From contig JBBIRK010000001.1 in the NCBI GenBank assembly GCA_037441845.1, forward strand, positions 192,001 through 256,000: a stretch of DNA of 64,000 nt, read 5' to 3'. This document shows positions 48,867-58,465 of this stretch, piece after piece. Below the pieces are notes generated by a model that worked only from the letters and a program-made list of their open reading frames with translations, had not been told where the DNA came from and did not search any database. The first letter of the stretch is position 1. Every line of letters starts with the position of its first letter. A program made the position numbers and the translations under genes. The stretch comes from Candidatus Zixiibacteriota bacterium (lineage in GTDB: Bacteria; Zixibacteria; MSB-5A5; UBA10806; 4484-95).

Positions 48867-49994
48867 CTATTCCTCAATCATCTCCACGTTCGCGCGAGGA
48901 ATGATTGCTTTCATACCATCAGAAAATTCAACTTCGAGAACGCGGGCATAGGATTCGGACTCGAGTTTTTGCAATGGTGCCGGCAGCGACGAAACTTTTC
49001 CCAACTGCCCGAAATACGGTTCACGGATCACCCTTATTTGCGATCCCACAGCCAGACCCACGTTTTCCTGCATATGGGCTTCGTCGGCCTTTTGGATATT
49101 TTCATCCACGGGGATTACGACTTCCGGGCGGATTACACCGGCGCGAATCTGGGTGGCTCCGTTAATACAGGCCATTCGCCCCTCAAACATTTTAAGCAGA
49201 TCGTAAGTTTTTTGGGCCATCATTATCTCGCCGAATCCTTCTGTGACCACCAGAGTTATACCTTTTTTTTCGTTTCCGGTGATGGCCACTCCGAGATCAT
49301 AGCCCAGAAAATCCCGCAGATCTTTATCGTTGAATCCGCCGACCACGATTCCCACTGCACCGACCGAGATGGCTTTCTGCAATCCGGCGGCGGTTACCAG
49401 AGAACCGCCCACGATAACGCACCCTTTACATGAATTATCTATTTCCTTATCACTTAAAACATCGCGCGGGGTTTTCGATACGATCTTGATCGGGCCGTGG
49501 GTTTCGCCGCCGATTCCGAAAATGCCCTGAACGAACGCACCCCAGGTGGTTACGGCCACTCCCTCGTTGGGAAAGACTTCGGTAACCACGCCGTCGAGGT
49601 AGGCTTTAACCTCCACCGGTATCGGAGCGCCGCGGAGGAGCACCTGGCCCGTAACCTTGGAAATGTTTTCTATCTTGCCGCTTATTTTGGCCTTGGCCGA
49701 GGAGCTGAATAATCCGAAAAACGATTTCGATTTGGCGATGACCTCACCTTCTTGAACCGTGTCGCCCTCTTTTTTCAGCATCGCCTCGATTACATCCTCA
49801 GGCGGCACCCCGAGGATATTGGCGACATTGACCGGCTCGACAGCTCCGGGAAGTTCGGTCCTGGCGACAACCGTATCGGGCTTTACCCGATCTCCCACCT
49901 TGACGACGACTTCGCCTTTGAGCGGCAATATACGCTTTTTGGTGATTCTCATCCGATTGGTTACGCGCAATCCCGGAGTATATGCATGAGCCAT
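48867..49994 (-). CDS. Conserved soluble hypothetical protein (barrel-sandwich-hybrid-like motifs, central alpha/beta region, KOW/SH3-like C-terminus)
   Basis: VKVGDRVKPDTVVA and KKEGDTVQEGEVIA hybrid-motif-like repeats; GCVIVGG...GAVGIVVGG; TEGFG; GATQIRAGVIRPE; VGSQIRVIREPYFGQLGKV. Confidence 0.85.
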   Translation of the reverse strand: MAHAYTPGLRVTNRMRITKKRILPLKGEVVVKVGDRVKPDTVVARTELPGAVEPVNVANILGVPPEDVIEAMLKKEGDTVQEGEVIAKSKSFFGLFSSSAKAKISGKIENISKVTGQVLLRGAPIPVEVKAYLDGVVTEVFPNEGVAVTTWGAFVQGIFGIGGETHGPIKIVSKTPRDVLSDKEIDNSCKGCVIVGGSLVTAAGLQKAISVGAVGIVVGGFNDKDLRDFLGYDLGVAITGNEKKGITLVVTEGFGEIMMAQKTYDLLKMFEGRMACINGATQIRAGVIRPEVVIPVDENIQKADEAHMQENVGLAVGSQIRVIREPYFGQLGKVSSLPAPLQKLESESYARVLEVEFSDGMKAIIPRANVEMIEE

Positions 49995-50066
49995 ACGAAC
50001 CTCATCAATTCTGCGCCCCGACCGACATCCTCATTTCGAAACGTCAGAGCATATTTTCGAGTGATG

Positions 50067-50095
50067 ATAATAATAAATAGAGAGTCGTCGAGCAA
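50067..50095 (-). promoter_or_regulatory. Putative promoter TTGCTC-N17-TATTAT for the 375-aa gene
   Basis: Minus-strand match in the divergent intergenic region. Confidence 0.45.
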
Positions 50096-50184
50096 CAAGA
50101 TTTATGGGTCCGGTCGGCACAAAAGCGCCGATTCGGCCAACACCGGCATTGCGCCTTGAATAGCAATACGATAAATTCATCATC

Positions 50185-52086
50185 ATGGTCATTGCCACTT
50201 TGGCCGAATTAACCAAAACTTACCCGTCGGTCGTCGTACTGGACAGAGTAAACGCCTCCATTCAAAATGGGGAAAAAATCGGCCTGGTGGGACCGAACGG
50301 GTGCGGCAAAACCACTTTGCTCGAAATTCTGGCAGGGCTCGTGGAAATCGAATCGGGGGAGGCGAGTTTGGCCAGAGGCACAAGCATCGGCTATCTGCCG
50401 CAGACCCCCGAAACCGGAGACCTCGACTGCAGCCTGATCGATTACCTTAGAAGCGCACACGGCCGGATTATCGAAACCAGAAAGCGGCTCGAAGAGCTGG
50501 AAAATCGGTTGGCAAGTGGTCAAGCCACCCCTGCCGAAATCGAACAGTACAGTAAGAATCTCGATTGGCTGGATCGCAGCGGGGGATTTTCGCTCGAAAC
50601 GATGCTCGAGAAAACAGCGATCGGGCTTGGCCTGGAAAAGGAACTGCATCGGCGCCGTTTATCGCAATTATCGGGCGGGCAATTGAACCGAGCGGCCTTG
50701 GCGCGTCTGCTCTCCTCCAAACCAGACCTTATGCTATTGGATGAACCCACCAACCATCTCGATATCGACGGTATCAAATTTTTGGAGGATTATCTCGATG
50801 CGACGCCTGCCGCCGCGCTGATCGTTTCGCACGACAGGCGGTTTCTCGACAATGTCTGCCGTACGATTTGGGAGCTTCGCCGCGGCCGGCTGAAAATATT
50901 CAAAGGGAATTTTTCTGCATATTTGGAAAAGCGTCGGCAGGATGATGCGCTTGCGCTCAAAGCTTATATCCGACAGAAAGAATTCATAGCCAAGACGGAG
51001 GCTTTTATCCGCAAAAATATAGCCGGGCAGAAAACGAATCAGGCGAAATCGCGGCGGAAAATGCTGGCCAGACTGGAGAAAAAAGATAAGCCCTCGGCGC
51101 CGGAAAAAAGCATACGTCTGTCATTCGCGGGAGCGGAACGATCGGAACGGATAATTTGCGTCATGGAAAACCTGTCTTTCGGCTACAGCGATAAGCCGAT
51201 ATTGAAGGATATAAATCTGACAATCGAACGTGGTCAGCGGATCGGCCTCCTCGGTAAAAACGGCAGCGGCAAGACCACTTTGCTGAGAATCATGGTAGAA
51301 GAGTTGTCGCCGGCCGAGGGAAATTTTTACCGCGCGAAAAATTTGAAAATCGCCTATTTCCGGCAGGCAAGGAACGAGTTCTCCGAAAATGACACGCCGC
51401 TCGGTTTGATACGGGCGGCCATGCCGCAACTGGCCGAAAACAAATTACGAGATATTCTGGCCGGATTTTTATTCGAGGCCGAAGATGTCTTCCGCCCGAT
51501 GACTTCCTTTTCCGGGGGACAGAAAAGCCGTTTGGCACTGGCGCTTTTGATCGCCGCCCGGCCGAATTTCTTGTTGCTCGATGAACCGACGAATCATCTC
51601 GACATTCCGTCGCTGGAGGCGCTCGAAAACGCGCTCGATTCCTACGACGGGACGCTTCTGGTAGTTTCCCACGATCGTTATTTTCTCGATGGGCTTGTTG
51701 ACACGATTTATTATATAGAGGACGGCAGGTTGGAAATTTATAACGGCAATTATTCTTATTTCGAATCCAAACGAGCCGAAAAAAACGCCGACGACGAGAT
51801 GAAGGCGAAATCGACCGAAAGCGACACCGTTCACGCTCGGAATACGATCGATAAGAAAAAGCCGCGAAAAGTAAATCCGCAGATCATCGAAAAATTGAAA
51901 AGCGAAATAGCCGCTCTCGAATCTGAATACCAAGAAATTCATGAGCAACTTATTGATTCGAATATCGCCAGTGACTGGCAAACGCTGCACAACCTCGAAA
52001 AACGCAAATCGGAACTGGAAAATCTGATTTTGATCGGCTACGAAAAATTGGACAGCTTGATGAAAACCGACAGCGAACAATCGTGA
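50185..52086 (+). CDS. ABC-F family ATPase (ribosome-associated, Uup/YheS-like)
   Basis: Two ABC domains (GPNGCGKTT/LSGGQ/LDEPTNHLD and GKNGSGKTT/FSGGQ/LDEPTNHLD), no TM, coiled-coil C-terminus. Confidence 0.95.
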   Translation: MVIATLAELTKTYPSVVVLDRVNASIQNGEKIGLVGPNGCGKTTLLEILAGLVEIESGEASLARGTSIGYLPQTPETGDLDCSLIDYLRSAHGRIIETRKRLEELENRLASGQATPAEIEQYSKNLDWLDRSGGFSLETMLEKTAIGLGLEKELHRRRLSQLSGGQLNRAALARLLSSKPDLMLLDEPTNHLDIDGIKFLEDYLDATPAAALIVSHDRRFLDNVCRTIWELRRGRLKIFKGNFSAYLEKRRQDDALALKAYIRQKEFIAKTEAFIRKNIAGQKTNQAKSRRKMLARLEKKDKPSAPEKSIRLSFAGAERSERIICVMENLSFGYSDKPILKDINLTIERGQRIGLLGKNGSGKTTLLRIMVEELSPAEGNFYRAKNLKIAYFRQARNEFSENDTPLGLIRAAMPQLAENKLRDILAGFLFEAEDVFRPMTSFSGGQKSRLALALLIAARPNFLLLDEPTNHLDIPSLEALENALDSYDGTLLVVSHDRYFLDGLVDTIYYIEDGRLEIYNGNYSYFESKRAEKNADDEMKAKSTESDTVHARNTIDKKKPRKVNPQIIEKLKSEIAALESEYQEIHEQLIDSNIASDWQTLHNLEKRKSELENLILIGYEKLDSLMKTDSEQS

Positions 52087-53636
52087 AGAAAAATACTGCG
52101 GCCGAAACGATCTTATTCGTCACCGCCCTGGTTGCGTTTACTTTGCTTTCGAACGCCGACCAAGGAATGGACTCTTATATATACGCCATCAACGTCCGGG
52201 ATTCGTCGGAGCTGTTGCATCCCCACCATCTTCTTTACAATCCGTTCGGGGTGATACTTTGTCGGCTTTTTTCGTTCACCGGCCTCGGCAGCCTGAAACT
52301 GCTCTCGCTTTTCAATTCCGTACTCGGTGCCGCCGTATTGACGATAATTTACCGCACCCTCCGAAAGTATACGGACCGCCGTCGGGCGTCGGCGGCGGTG
52401 ATCTCAATCGGAGCTTTATATTCGTTCTGGTACTATTCGGCTTCGGTCGAGGTCAATATGGCCGCGCTTCTTTTCGGCAGTTTGGCGTTATTGCTGATTT
52501 CACAAGAAGAGACTTCAACGACAAAAGGCATGGCGGCATCGCTTAGTATCGCCGCGGGGACATTATTCCATCAAGCGCTCGTGCTGATGTATATACCGTT
52601 GTTCATCGTTTTCCATCGGCGCCGAATCCCCTTAAGCCGAATTATCATGCAATTAGGTCCGAGTATTCTTTCTCTCGGGATAATCTATTCGGCATGCGCA
52701 TTATGGATTACACCGGATCACACCGTCAAATCGGCTTGGCGCTGGCTGACCCTATATTCCCATCTGGGGACATGGGGCAAATTGAGTTTGAATAATTTCG
52801 TAATCTCGATCTGGGGAACGGCCAAGACTCTTTTCGGAGGAGACGAAATCAGGCGGACATTCTATGCCGGAGATCGTGGATTATCCGGCTATTCGTATCT
52901 GTTTTTGCTGGTCGCAACTGTATCGCTATTACTTTATATTGCCTTCGTTTCGTTAATGAATCGCCTGTTCTGGAGCACATTTGAATTGTTTCTGCTGTTG
53001 AACACCATCGCGTTTGGTCTATTTGCATTTTGGTGGGCGCCAACCGATGATGGCTTTTGGCTGTATTCCATTTTATCCTTGTTTCTACTGACATTCGTTC
53101 GTTTCACCCGAATAAAGTCGCCTGGTTTGCCGTTGAGCGCCTTGCCGATTTTCTTGATTTTGACAAATTATCCATTCGAAATAATCCCTTCTGCCGAAGT
53201 CAATAATTCGATCGTAAGAAGCGGAGCCGCCAAAATAGCGGCCATGAATATCGGCGAATCCGATCTGGTGATCACCAATTTCAATCAGATACGGCTGGCG
53301 CTGGATTATCATCACGGCATAAAGACCAATACCGCTTGCTTGCTTTTTGCTCCCCCGGGGGACAACCACGAGGTCGTTGAAGAATATTCAAAGCGGATCA
53401 GGGATTGGTTGGCACGGGGCAGGGTTCTCATTTTCGCCAATGAAATTTTTCCCGAGCCGCATCGGCGTTACTTGACCGAGCGATTCAGCCTCGACGATTA
53501 TAGACGGGCTTATGATGAATTTCTGCCGCTGCTCGTCAAGCGTGATTCCATTTCCGCTTATGGATCTTGGGTAACGATCTGGGAAATACAACCTGATCAG
53601 GCCCGGCTTTCGACTAAACCATCAGATGATCATTGA
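52083..53636 (+). CDS. Polytopic membrane protein, putative GT-C type glycosyltransferase
   Basis: Many TMs; first-loop DQGMDSYIY, HPHHLLY, FWYYSASVEV; soluble C-terminal domain. Confidence 0.6.
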   Translation: MKKNTAAETILFVTALVAFTLLSNADQGMDSYIYAINVRDSSELLHPHHLLYNPFGVILCRLFSFTGLGSLKLLSLFNSVLGAAVLTIIYRTLRKYTDRRRASAAVISIGALYSFWYYSASVEVNMAALLFGSLALLLISQEETSTTKGMAASLSIAAGTLFHQALVLMYIPLFIVFHRRRIPLSRIIMQLGPSILSLGIIYSACALWITPDHTVKSAWRWLTLYSHLGTWGKLSLNNFVISIWGTAKTLFGGDEIRRTFYAGDRGLSGYSYLFLLVATVSLLLYIAFVSLMNRLFWSTFELFLLLNTIAFGLFAFWWAPTDDGFWLYSILSLFLLTFVRFTRIKSPGLPLSALPIFLILTNYPFEIIPSAEVNNSIVRSGAAKIAAMNIGESDLVITNFNQIRLALDYHHGIKTNTACLLFAPPGDNHEVVEEYSKRIRDWLARGRVLIFANEIFPEPHRRYLTERFSLDDYRRAYDEFLPLLVKRDSISAYGSWVTIWEIQPDQARLSTKPSDDH

Positions 53637-53660
53637 CACGGACAATCAATTGGCTATTTT
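53633..53660 (+). promoter_or_regulatory. Putative promoter TTGACA-N16-TATTTT for lepA
   Basis: Match upstream of lepA. Confidence 0.45.
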
Positions 53661-53717
53661 GATTGATCGGGCTGCAGCCGGTAAGACGGTGCGGCGCCAG
53701 ATTAAAATCGGAAGAAT

Positions 53718-55511
53718 ATGGAAAATATCCGCAATTTTTGTATCATCGCCCATATAGATCACGGCAAATCGACTTTGGCCGACAGGCTGCTCGAATACAC
53801 CCATACGATTGACCCCCGCCAGATGAAAAGACAGGTCCTGGACACGATGGATCTCGAGCAAGAGCGCGGTATAACTATCAAGTCGCACGCGATCAGGATG
53901 GAATACACCACGCATGACGGCGAAACCTATATTCTCAATCTGATCGACACTCCCGGGCATGTCGATTTCAATTATGAGGTGTCACGGGCGCTTATGGCCT
54001 GTGAGGGAGCTTTGCTGGTGGTCGATGCCTCTCAGGGGGTCGAAGCCCAAACTATCTCAAACCTTTACCTTGCACTCGAATCCAATTTGACCATAATCCC
54101 CGTCATAAACAAAATCGATCTTCCATCGGCGAATATCGAGCGGGCCAAAGAGGAAATCGTGAATCTTATCGGCTGCTCCGAAGATGAGATACTCGTCGCC
54201 TCGGCCAAATTGGGCACGGGGATAGAGCAGATTCTCGAGGCGATCGTCAACCGGATAAGGCCTCCCGGAGGAGACCCGGACGCCCCCCCGCGGGCGTTGA
54301 TATTCGATTCGGCTTTCGATAATTACCGCGGCGCCGTCGCCTATGTCAGAGTTTTCGAGGGGAAATTCCGCAAAAACGACTGGCTGCGCTTCTTCTCGCA
54401 TCAGCGGAAATATCAATGTGACGAATTGGGTTACCTGATTTTGAAATACGTTCCGCGAGAAGAATTGAAGGCCGGGGAGGTCGGCTACATAATCGGTAAT
54501 ATCCGACAGGTGGGCGATACCCGCGTTGGCGATACCATCACTACCGATAACAATCCCGCGGCCGAGCCGTTGCCCGGATTCAAGCAGGCCAAGCCGATGG
54601 TGTTCGCCGGTATATACCCGACCGAGGCTGAGAATTTCGAGGATTTGCGGGAGGCGATCAATAAACTGCAATTGAACGATGCTTCGCTTGTTTTCGAGCC
54701 CGAGACTTCGCTTGCCCTCGGGTTCGGATTCCGCTGCGGGTTCTTGGGCCTATTGCATATGGAAATAATCCAAGAACGACTTCAGCGCGAATACAAGATG
54801 CCGATTATCACCACTGTCCCGAGCGTCAATTATCGGGTGACTCTCACCGACGGCTCGATAGTGGAAATCGACAACCCATCGCTCATGCCCGACCAGGCTA
54901 AACTCGAAAAAATCGAAGAGCCGTTCGTGACCGCCTCGATAATAACACCGACCGAATATATCGGTAATCTCATGAAACTATGCCTCGAGCGCCGCGGCCA
55001 GCATCTGAATACGGAATACATCGATCCGACCCGGGCGAATCTGCATTATCTCATGCCGCTGTCGGAGATAATTTTCGACTTTTTCGATCGTATGAAATCG
55101 GTTTCCAGAGGATACGCATCGCTCGATTACGAATTCAAAGACTATTATGAATCGAATCTGGTGCGACTCGATATTCTGCTCAATGACGAGCCGGTCGATG
55201 CCTTGTCGGCGATCGTGCATCGCGACAAAGCCTATAACTGGGGGCGCTCCCTATGTCAGAAATTGCGGCAGTTGATTCCCCGCCAGCTCTATGAAGTCGT
55301 AATCCAGGCGGCCATCGGTTCACGGGTCATCGCCCGTGATTCGATAAAACCTCTGCGGAAAAACGTCACCGCTAAATGCTACGGCGGAGACATCACTCGT
55401 AAAAGAAAGCTGCTTGAACGCCAAAAAGAAGGCAAAAAGAGAATGAAACGGGTCGGCCAGGTGGAGATCCCTCAAGAGGCTTTTCTGGCCATATTGCAGG
55501 TGGAAAAATGA
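53718..55511 (+). CDS. lepA: Elongation factor 4
   Basis: [53 protein letters not shown]. Confidence 0.98.
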   Translation: MENIRNFCIIAHIDHGKSTLADRLLEYTHTIDPRQMKRQVLDTMDLEQERGITIKSHAIRMEYTTHDGETYILNLIDTPGHVDFNYEVSRALMACEGALLVVDASQGVEAQTISNLYLALESNLTIIPVINKIDLPSANIERAKEEIVNLIGCSEDEILVASAKLGTGIEQILEAIVNRIRPPGGDPDAPPRALIFDSAFDNYRGAVAYVRVFEGKFRKNDWLRFFSHQRKYQCDELGYLILKYVPREELKAGEVGYIIGNIRQVGDTRVGDTITTDNNPAAEPLPGFKQAKPMVFAGIYPTEAENFEDLREAINKLQLNDASLVFEPETSLALGFGFRCGFLGLLHMEIIQERLQREYKMPIITTVPSVNYRVTLTDGSIVEIDNPSLMPDQAKLEKIEEPFVTASIITPTEYIGNLMKLCLERRGQHLNTEYIDPTRANLHYLMPLSEIIFDFFDRMKSVSRGYASLDYEFKDYYESNLVRLDILLNDEPVDALSAIVHRDKAYNWGRSLCQKLRQLIPRQLYEVVIQAAIGSRVIARDSIKPLRKNVTAKCYGGDITRKRKLLERQKEGKKRMKRVGQVEIPQEAFLAILQVEK

Positions 55512-55536
55512 CGACCTGCGGAAAGGAAACAAATCC

Positions 55537-56007
55537 GTGACGATCGAAGGCTTTATGAAAATCAAGACGCTGGCGAATTTTTGGATATTCGAGGTCAAGC
55601 CGACGCTCGACAAGGCGCTTGAAATCGCTCCCTCCGAAAAACTCGACTGGATGCCCGCGCCGGAAATGATCACCCTCGGAAACATTTTCATGCATATAGC
55701 GGAGGCGTCATCGTGGTGGATCGACAAAGTGATCGACGGCGGTGAGTATAAACGCCTTACCCCCTGTAAATGTCCAGCGAAAGACCAGGTCGGGCGGCTG
55801 CTCGAAGGTCACTGGCAAAGGCTGGAACATCTATTTTCGAGATCGCCCGAAATTTTCGAAAAATCGTACGAAGTCAGACGCAAAGACAAAATCGACAGGT
55901 TCGAAGGCTACTGGATCATGCTTCATTTGTTCGAACACGATATTCATCACCGAAGTCAGGCGAATCATTATCTTCGCATACTTGGAATCACGCCGCCACA
56001 GATTTGA
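55537..56007 (+). CDS. DinB/YfiT-like metal-binding protein (alternative start 55555)
   Basis: LDWMP...TLGNIFMHIA and HLFEHDIHHRSQ...YLRILG..PP. Confidence 0.88.
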   Translation: MTIEGFMKIKTLANFWIFEVKPTLDKALEIAPSEKLDWMPAPEMITLGNIFMHIAEASSWWIDKVIDGGEYKRLTPCKCPAKDQVGRLLEGHWQRLEHLFSRSPEIFEKSYEVRRKDKIDRFEGYWIMLHLFEHDIHHRSQANHYLRILGITPPQI

Positions 56008-56172
56008 AATCCTTGAAATCAAATATTGACGGTCCGTCTTCGATGTTCCATTTGGCGATATTATTTGGCCGTGCGCGTATTTCCGTCAAAACGACAATAC
56101 ATGATTATGGACTTATAGGTGACGCCGCGGCCAAATCATACAGACGGCTGACTCAGTCAGGTTAAATTACTT

Positions 56173-56730
56173 TCAGTGAGCCGTAAAGCCGCCGAGCTGT
56201 TCAAGTCGCGTTGCAAAAACCTCGAAGCCGGATCGGTCGAACAGCACGAAAACGATTTTTTCGAGCACGGTCGATTTTTCGATAAACTTTGCGCTCGCGC
56301 CTATCATTATATCGGCGCACTCGGCTATGGGAAATCCGCCCACGCCGGTTCCGAGTGCCGGAAACGCGATGGATTTCGATCCCAACCGATCGGCCAGCAT
56401 GAGGCTGTTGACCGTCGCTTCGCGGATCAATTCGGCGTTCGTGCGCAAATCCTGCCCCATCACTGCGGCGTGAATAACATGGCGCGCCTTCAAGCTCCCG
56501 GCACCGGTGGCGATCGCTTCGCCGACCTTGATCGGCCCATGCTTGACCGCTTCGTCTTCGATTGTTTGACCACCTTTGCGTTTAATCGCGCCGGCGACGC
56601 CCGCACCCATCCACAGATGGTTATTCGCGGCGTTAACGATTGCATCGACCTCCGCTTCGGTTATATCCCCCTGCTGACAACCGATGGATTTGCCACCGAA
56701 TTTTATACTTTTACCGAATAACATCCCCAC
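56173..56730 (-). CDS. Macro domain protein (ADP-ribose binding/hydrolase)
   Basis: GDIT, DAIVNAAN, GAGVAGAI, VIHAAV, SIAFPALGTGVGG. Confidence 0.93.
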   Translation of the reverse strand: MGMLFGKSIKFGGKSIGCQQGDITEAEVDAIVNAANNHLWMGAGVAGAIKRKGGQTIEDEAVKHGPIKVGEAIATGAGSLKARHVIHAAVMGQDLRTNAELIREATVNSLMLADRLGSKSIAFPALGTGVGGFPIAECADIMIGASAKFIEKSTVLEKIVFVLFDRSGFEVFATRLEQLGGFTAH

Positions 56731-57295
56731 TTGAACCTTTCGCCATGTCGGCGTGACTGCGATTGCGGGGATAAGCTATTTTCCTTCTCACCCATAGAAC
56801 AGCCATCCCCATTAAAACGCCGAATAGATATCCAGCCAGAATATCGCTCGGATAATGCTTGCCCAAATAGATTCTCGATATTCCGACCGCAACGGCCAAA
56901 AGCCACATGAACAAAATCAGTCGATGCCTGAACCGGCCGACAATATAGGCGACGACAGCGCAATTGGCGGCGTGATTTGAGGGGAATCCGTAAAGACCCC
57001 CGCACTCTATTATCTCACGCAGCTGTAAACCGGCATGACACGGCCGAGGTCGCATCACCAGTTTTTTGAGTATCTGCGAGCAGATCGGATCAGTCAGGGC
57101 GATTCCGATCAAACTCAGAATTATCATATTTCCCGTATGAGGGACTTTGCGGATAATCATGACTGCGACAATCAAGCCGAGAATAGCGAACAAAATACGT
57201 TGATCTGAAAGCAATATGAAAAGGTGATCCAAAACCGGGTTGCCGAGCTTGAGGTTTATGAAAAAAAGCAAGCCTTTATCGATCTCTGCCAGCAT
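56711..57295 (-). CDS. PAP2 family phosphatase (undecaprenyl-diphosphate phosphatase-like)
   Basis: KKLVMRPRP, FPSNH, SRIYLGKHYPSD. Confidence 0.92.
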   Translation of the reverse strand: MLAEIDKGLLFFINLKLGNPVLDHLFILLSDQRILFAILGLIVAVMIIRKVPHTGNMIILSLIGIALTDPICSQILKKLVMRPRPCHAGLQLREIIECGGLYGFPSNHAANCAVVAYIVGRFRHRLILFMWLLAVAVGISRIYLGKHYPSDILAGYLFGVLMGMAVLWVRRKIAYPRNRSHADMAKGSSGDVIR

Positions 57296-57455
57296 TATTC
57301 TCCAAAGATTATATAACAAATAAGTATATTATCGATATGCCCTAACCGCAACAATCATCTGAAAACGCTCAGGGCGGATAGCCGAAATTATTTGGCTTTC
57401 CGTTTCCGCTTGCTTCCAAGGAAGGAAAAAAACAATTTATGACTGAGGTGATTCT

Positions 57456-58451
57456 ATGCCGGCGAATCTGCCCCCTCAATATTACGAGCTCGAGCGGCAA
57501 TTCAACAAAGAAACCGACCTGGCCGAAAAGCTGCGCCTGGCCAAAGAACTTCTGGCCATCATGCCCAAACATAAGGGCACCGACAAACTGCAGGCGGATC
57601 TGAAGGCCAAAATTTCCAAACTCAAATCGCAATTGGAAAGCGGCGCCAAAAAGCACGGGGCTCATCATGTCGATCGCTTCCCACATATCGAGAAGGAAGG
57701 CGCCGGGCAAGTGATCTTAATCGGCCCGCCTAATTCGGGCAAGTCGAGCATACTTGACTATTGCACTAACGCCCGACCGTTTATCGCCGATTATCCTTAC
57801 TCGACCCACGAACCGATGACCGGTATGATGCCGTTCGAAAGCATCCAGTTCCAGTTGATCGACACCCCGGCTATCTCGGATCTGCCGATGCCGTCTTATC
57901 TGCCTAACCTTATCCGCCAAGCCGACCTGGTCGTCTGCGTGATCGATATAAGCGATTTTATGGCGGAAAAACGGATTGCCGAATTGCAAGCAAGGCTGCT
58001 CGAGAAAAATATAGCCCTGACGCCACCTAATACCGTGCCGGAGGGAAATGCCCGATTCGTCTATAAGAAAACCTTGATCGCCGCGCATAAATATGCCGCG
58101 CCCGAATCGGACGACGCCCTCGCGGAATTGAAAATCAAGCCGGCGGAATTTCCGATCATTCCCACATCCATTTATGATTCCGCTCTCATGGAAAATTTCA
58201 AGAAAGCGATATTCGAAGCCTTCGATATCGTGCGAGTATATACCAAGCGAAGCGGCCACGAACCGGATTTCAGCGACCCGGTGGTCCTGCCCAAAGGCAG
58301 CACCGTCGGCGACGCCGCCTTGCGGTTGCATAAGGATTTCGCACAGAAACTTCAATATGCCAAAATCTGGGGTAAGGGAAAATTCGAGGGCCAACGGGTC
58401 AAAAGCAATTTCGTTTTATCCGATGAGGATATAATCGAATTTCATATATAG
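57456..58451 (+). CDS. DRG/Obg-like GTPase with TGS domain
   Basis: MPANLPP, PKHKGT, GPPNSGKSS, YPYST, DTP, RVYTK, C-terminal TGS domain. Confidence 0.9.
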   Translation: MPANLPPQYYELERQFNKETDLAEKLRLAKELLAIMPKHKGTDKLQADLKAKISKLKSQLESGAKKHGAHHVDRFPHIEKEGAGQVILIGPPNSGKSSILDYCTNARPFIADYPYSTHEPMTGMMPFESIQFQLIDTPAISDLPMPSYLPNLIRQADLVVCVIDISDFMAEKRIAELQARLLEKNIALTPPNTVPEGNARFVYKKTLIAAHKYAAPESDDALAELKIKPAEFPIIPTSIYDSALMENFKKAIFEAFDIVRVYTKRSGHEPDFSDPVVLPKGSTVGDAALRLHKDFAQKLQYAKIWGKGKFEGQRVKSNFVLSDEDIIEFHI

Positions 58452-58465
58452 GTCGAGCGATAAGG

